Below, piece by piece: positions 61,212 to 64,000 of a stretch of DNA of 64,000 nt. The stretch lies in contig OZ360223.1 in the NCBI GenBank assembly GCA_977017645.1, positions 139,128,001 through 139,192,000 on the forward strand, written 5' to 3'. This DNA is from Torpedo marmorata. Lineage: Eukaryota. A program made the position numbers and the translations under genes. The notes under the pieces were generated by a model. That model was not told where the DNA came from, made no database searches, and saw nothing but the letters and a program-made list of their open reading frames with translations. Within the stretch, counting starts at the first letter, position 1. Every line of letters starts with the position of its first letter.

Positions 61212-64000
61212 AAATTGAGGACAAGCTGAGAAGGAAAGATGGCTCAAGTACAATTTAAATGTCCCAAATAATGAGGAACAGTGAAAGTGTTAATTTTGTA
61301 AGTGATGTGCTGGATTTCACAATTGTGAATCATCATCCCAAAGGAAGGAGGGAGAAAAGAATATGGTCAGGGTGGGATGCATTCTTCTGTAAGTTGGCTG
61401 TGGTTTCGAGGTTGTGGGATGTGGATGGTGGGGAAGCAGTTTCGAATGGTGATAGAAGGTTTATTCACCACTTTCTGTTGCAGTCTTGGACAAAAAAATT
61501 CCCATACCACATAGTAATGCATCTGTAAACATTGTTGAGGGTCATGCCTAATTTGTGCCAGCATTTGAGGAAGTAGACTTGTTAGTGTGCAATCTTGACT
61601 GTAGCATCAACCAAACTAGGACCATTTTAGGAGCCAATGTAACAAGGGCCAATCCTGGACCATTGAGGAAGGAAAGTTTATCAGGTTAAATGCCAGAAAA
61701 GTGGAGGAGGCAATCTATCCAGGGTCAATCTGAACCATCAAAGGTGGCGAAGAGGCCAGGACTAACCCAGACAATCGGAGGAAGCAAATCTGGAACCATG
61801 ACGGGAGTCAAGCTTTCCTGTACTGAGCCATGAAAATCGAAGGAGGGAAAGGAGCGATAGTTCAATTTTACATTGGTTACATTCTTCAAAGTTCTGTCAA
61901 AATTATATGTTCGCATGCTCTCCACCATAACAATCCATACTTAACGTGCAAGAAATAAAACAGTGCAGAGTCACTGAGAGGAATCGGTGGAACGAAGCAA
62001 GGGCATCATGATTTTACAGTCGTGATATTTGTTGGTTCACAAATATAAAAGCACCGATATAGTCACTATTTGAATCTGATGGTATGTGATTTCATATCGT
62101 GATTTTACTTCCAGTTGGAAGGAGGGAGAATAGGGAGTGGTTAGTGCAGGATGAGTCACTTAATATGTTGGCTTGTTTACTGAGGCACCAGGATTTGTAG
62201 ATGGAGTTGATGGCAGGGAAGGAGCTGCGATCAAAGCTTTTTGCAGCATCTTTTGATCCAAGGTGGAGCAGGGAGTACGTTCCTTACTTGTGCATCATGA
62301 CAGGAATTTTGCAATGGTGCGTTTGTAGAATTTGTTCAGGGCACAGCGTTCATGTGAATATTTCGCAGGCGCCTGAAGAAGTAGAGAAATTGGTGCATTT
62401 TCTTGGTCATCGCATCCAGCACTCCAGGACCATCAGAGGAGGAAACTGAGCCGGCAGTAATCAGCAAACATTGGAGTAGGCAACGTGGCCAGGACCACGT
62501 CAAAGAAATCGAAGAAGGCAAGTGGCCCAGGACAAAGCTGGGATCATTGATGGATTCAAGATACGCAAGATCCAGCCGGGATCAAGGTAACAAGAAACTA
62601 ACCAGCAACTTTCACAGACTTCAGGGGAGCCAGGAAGCAGATGGGAGGATCGGAGATGAAAATGGTCCATGCCAGGACCATTCAGGGAGAGAAGAATGCC
62701 AAGGCAGACCTTGGATCATTGTTGGAGAATGATAACCAGCATCATTGGAAGAGGAAAGGGGGGCATGACCGAGCTGGGAGAATCATCGCCAGCAAAGCAG
62801 CTCCAGTTCCTGTTCACATTAATTGTTGTATTTATTGAGTTAGAGTAAAAATATTTATTCTGTGTGCTATACAGCAAGTCAACTCGTGCACGAGTACAAC
62901 CAATAAAACAGAGTAGTGTGTGCACAAATGGAGAGAGAGAATATTTAGACAGGAGCACGGGCAACGTGATTTTATCATTGTAATGGTCGGTCATGTGTAT
63001 TATTTTCAAATAGTGACTGTTGTGAATCTGATGGTGTGTGACATCAAATTGATTCTTACTGACAGAAGAGGGGAGCAGGGGGAGTCCCTGGGGTGGAATG
63101 AATCATTCAACACATTGGCAGTTTTCCGGGATGTTTACATGGAGTCGATGGAGGGGAAGGAACTTTGTGTGATGGTCCAATCTGCATTCAATGCCTTCTA
63201 CAGTTCCTTGTCGACCAAAGCAGAGCAGTTCTCATGACACGCAATGATGCATCTTCAAAGGATTTTTGATTGGTGCATCTGTAAAGGTTGTTGAGGGTGC
63301 AGTCTTCATGCTGAACTTACTCAGGCATTGAAGGAAGTAGAGAAGTTGTGGCACTTTCTTGGTGTTTTGTCAACTAATCCAAGACCATCAGAGGATGGAA
63401 TGTGTCCAGAAATACACCAAGGAGCTTCGGAGGAGGGAATGTATGTGGACAGAACAAATCAGGAGCTTTGGAGGAAGTAACATGGCCAGGATATTGCAGG
63501 CGAGCTAGGTCAACATGATTTAATCATGATGTTTGCTCATGAGAGTGACAGCAGTGATGTAGTCACTTTTGAATATCGAGGTGTGTAATTTCTGAAAGTG
63601 TATATTATTCCCGACTGAAGGAGGGTGACGAGAGAGTGACTGGGATGAATCATTTGAAACTTAGATAATTTTTCTGAGGCAGCGCGATGTGTAAATGGAG
63701 TTAATGGAGTGGAAGGAGCTTTGTGTGATGGTTGAAGCTGCATTCACTAATTTCTACAGTATCGCATTCTATGACTGAGCAGAATCCATGCCGCACTGTG
63801 ATACATTCTCACAGGTTTCTATTGATGGTACTTCTGTTAAAGTTGTGGAGGGAGCAGCGTTTCATTTGAACATTTGAGGACTGAGCGTAAGTTCATACAC
63901 TTTCGATGCTGTCGCATCAATACTGGTTCCATGTTGGATAAAGCAATGTGGCCAGGACCTATCAGAGTTGTCAGTGAGTCCAGGACAAATGTGGAGAATT

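Larger units (their letters stand above)
54180..64000. repeat. Tandem macro-repeat, unit ~3.9-4.4 kb (more than two copies, runs off the window)
   Basis: Marker spacing 54449 to 58392 to 62795. Units consist of Rex1-like 3' fragments, H3-start-like blocks (58084, 62485) and a 39-bp VNTR. Confidence 0.92.

Overview
Repeat-dense vertebrate genomic DNA, most likely from a cartilaginous fish (inferred from V-SINE/HE1-like SINEs, CR1, Rex1/Babar and fish-type L1). I see no intact host protein-coding gene. Under the transposon debris, the window is organised around a family of degenerate histone-derived units. At least seven H3-like pseudogene copies are recognisable (17.7k+, 22.8k+, 35.5k-, 45.5k-, 46.6k-, 47.9k-, 51.6k+), plus an H2A/H3 mosaic at 47.3k-. 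Several carry apparent H2B-like pieces, and most end in a replication-dependent histone stem-loop, often followed by a U7-complementary element. The 37-bp and 39-bp minisatellites that fill about 4-17.7 kb and recur in the 4-4.4 kb macro-repeat at both window ends resemble the H3 N-tail coding segment. A ~440-bp tandem array (18-21.6 kb) repeats only a histone-type 3' end. Two divergent copies at 47.8-52 kb keep CpG-rich promoters with E2F-like, CCAAT and TATA motifs. The middle holds deeply nested LINE insertions with clear TSDs, including two L1 copies with twin-priming 5' inversions. All homology calls were made by eye from manual translation, and boundaries are approximate unless a TSD is quoted.
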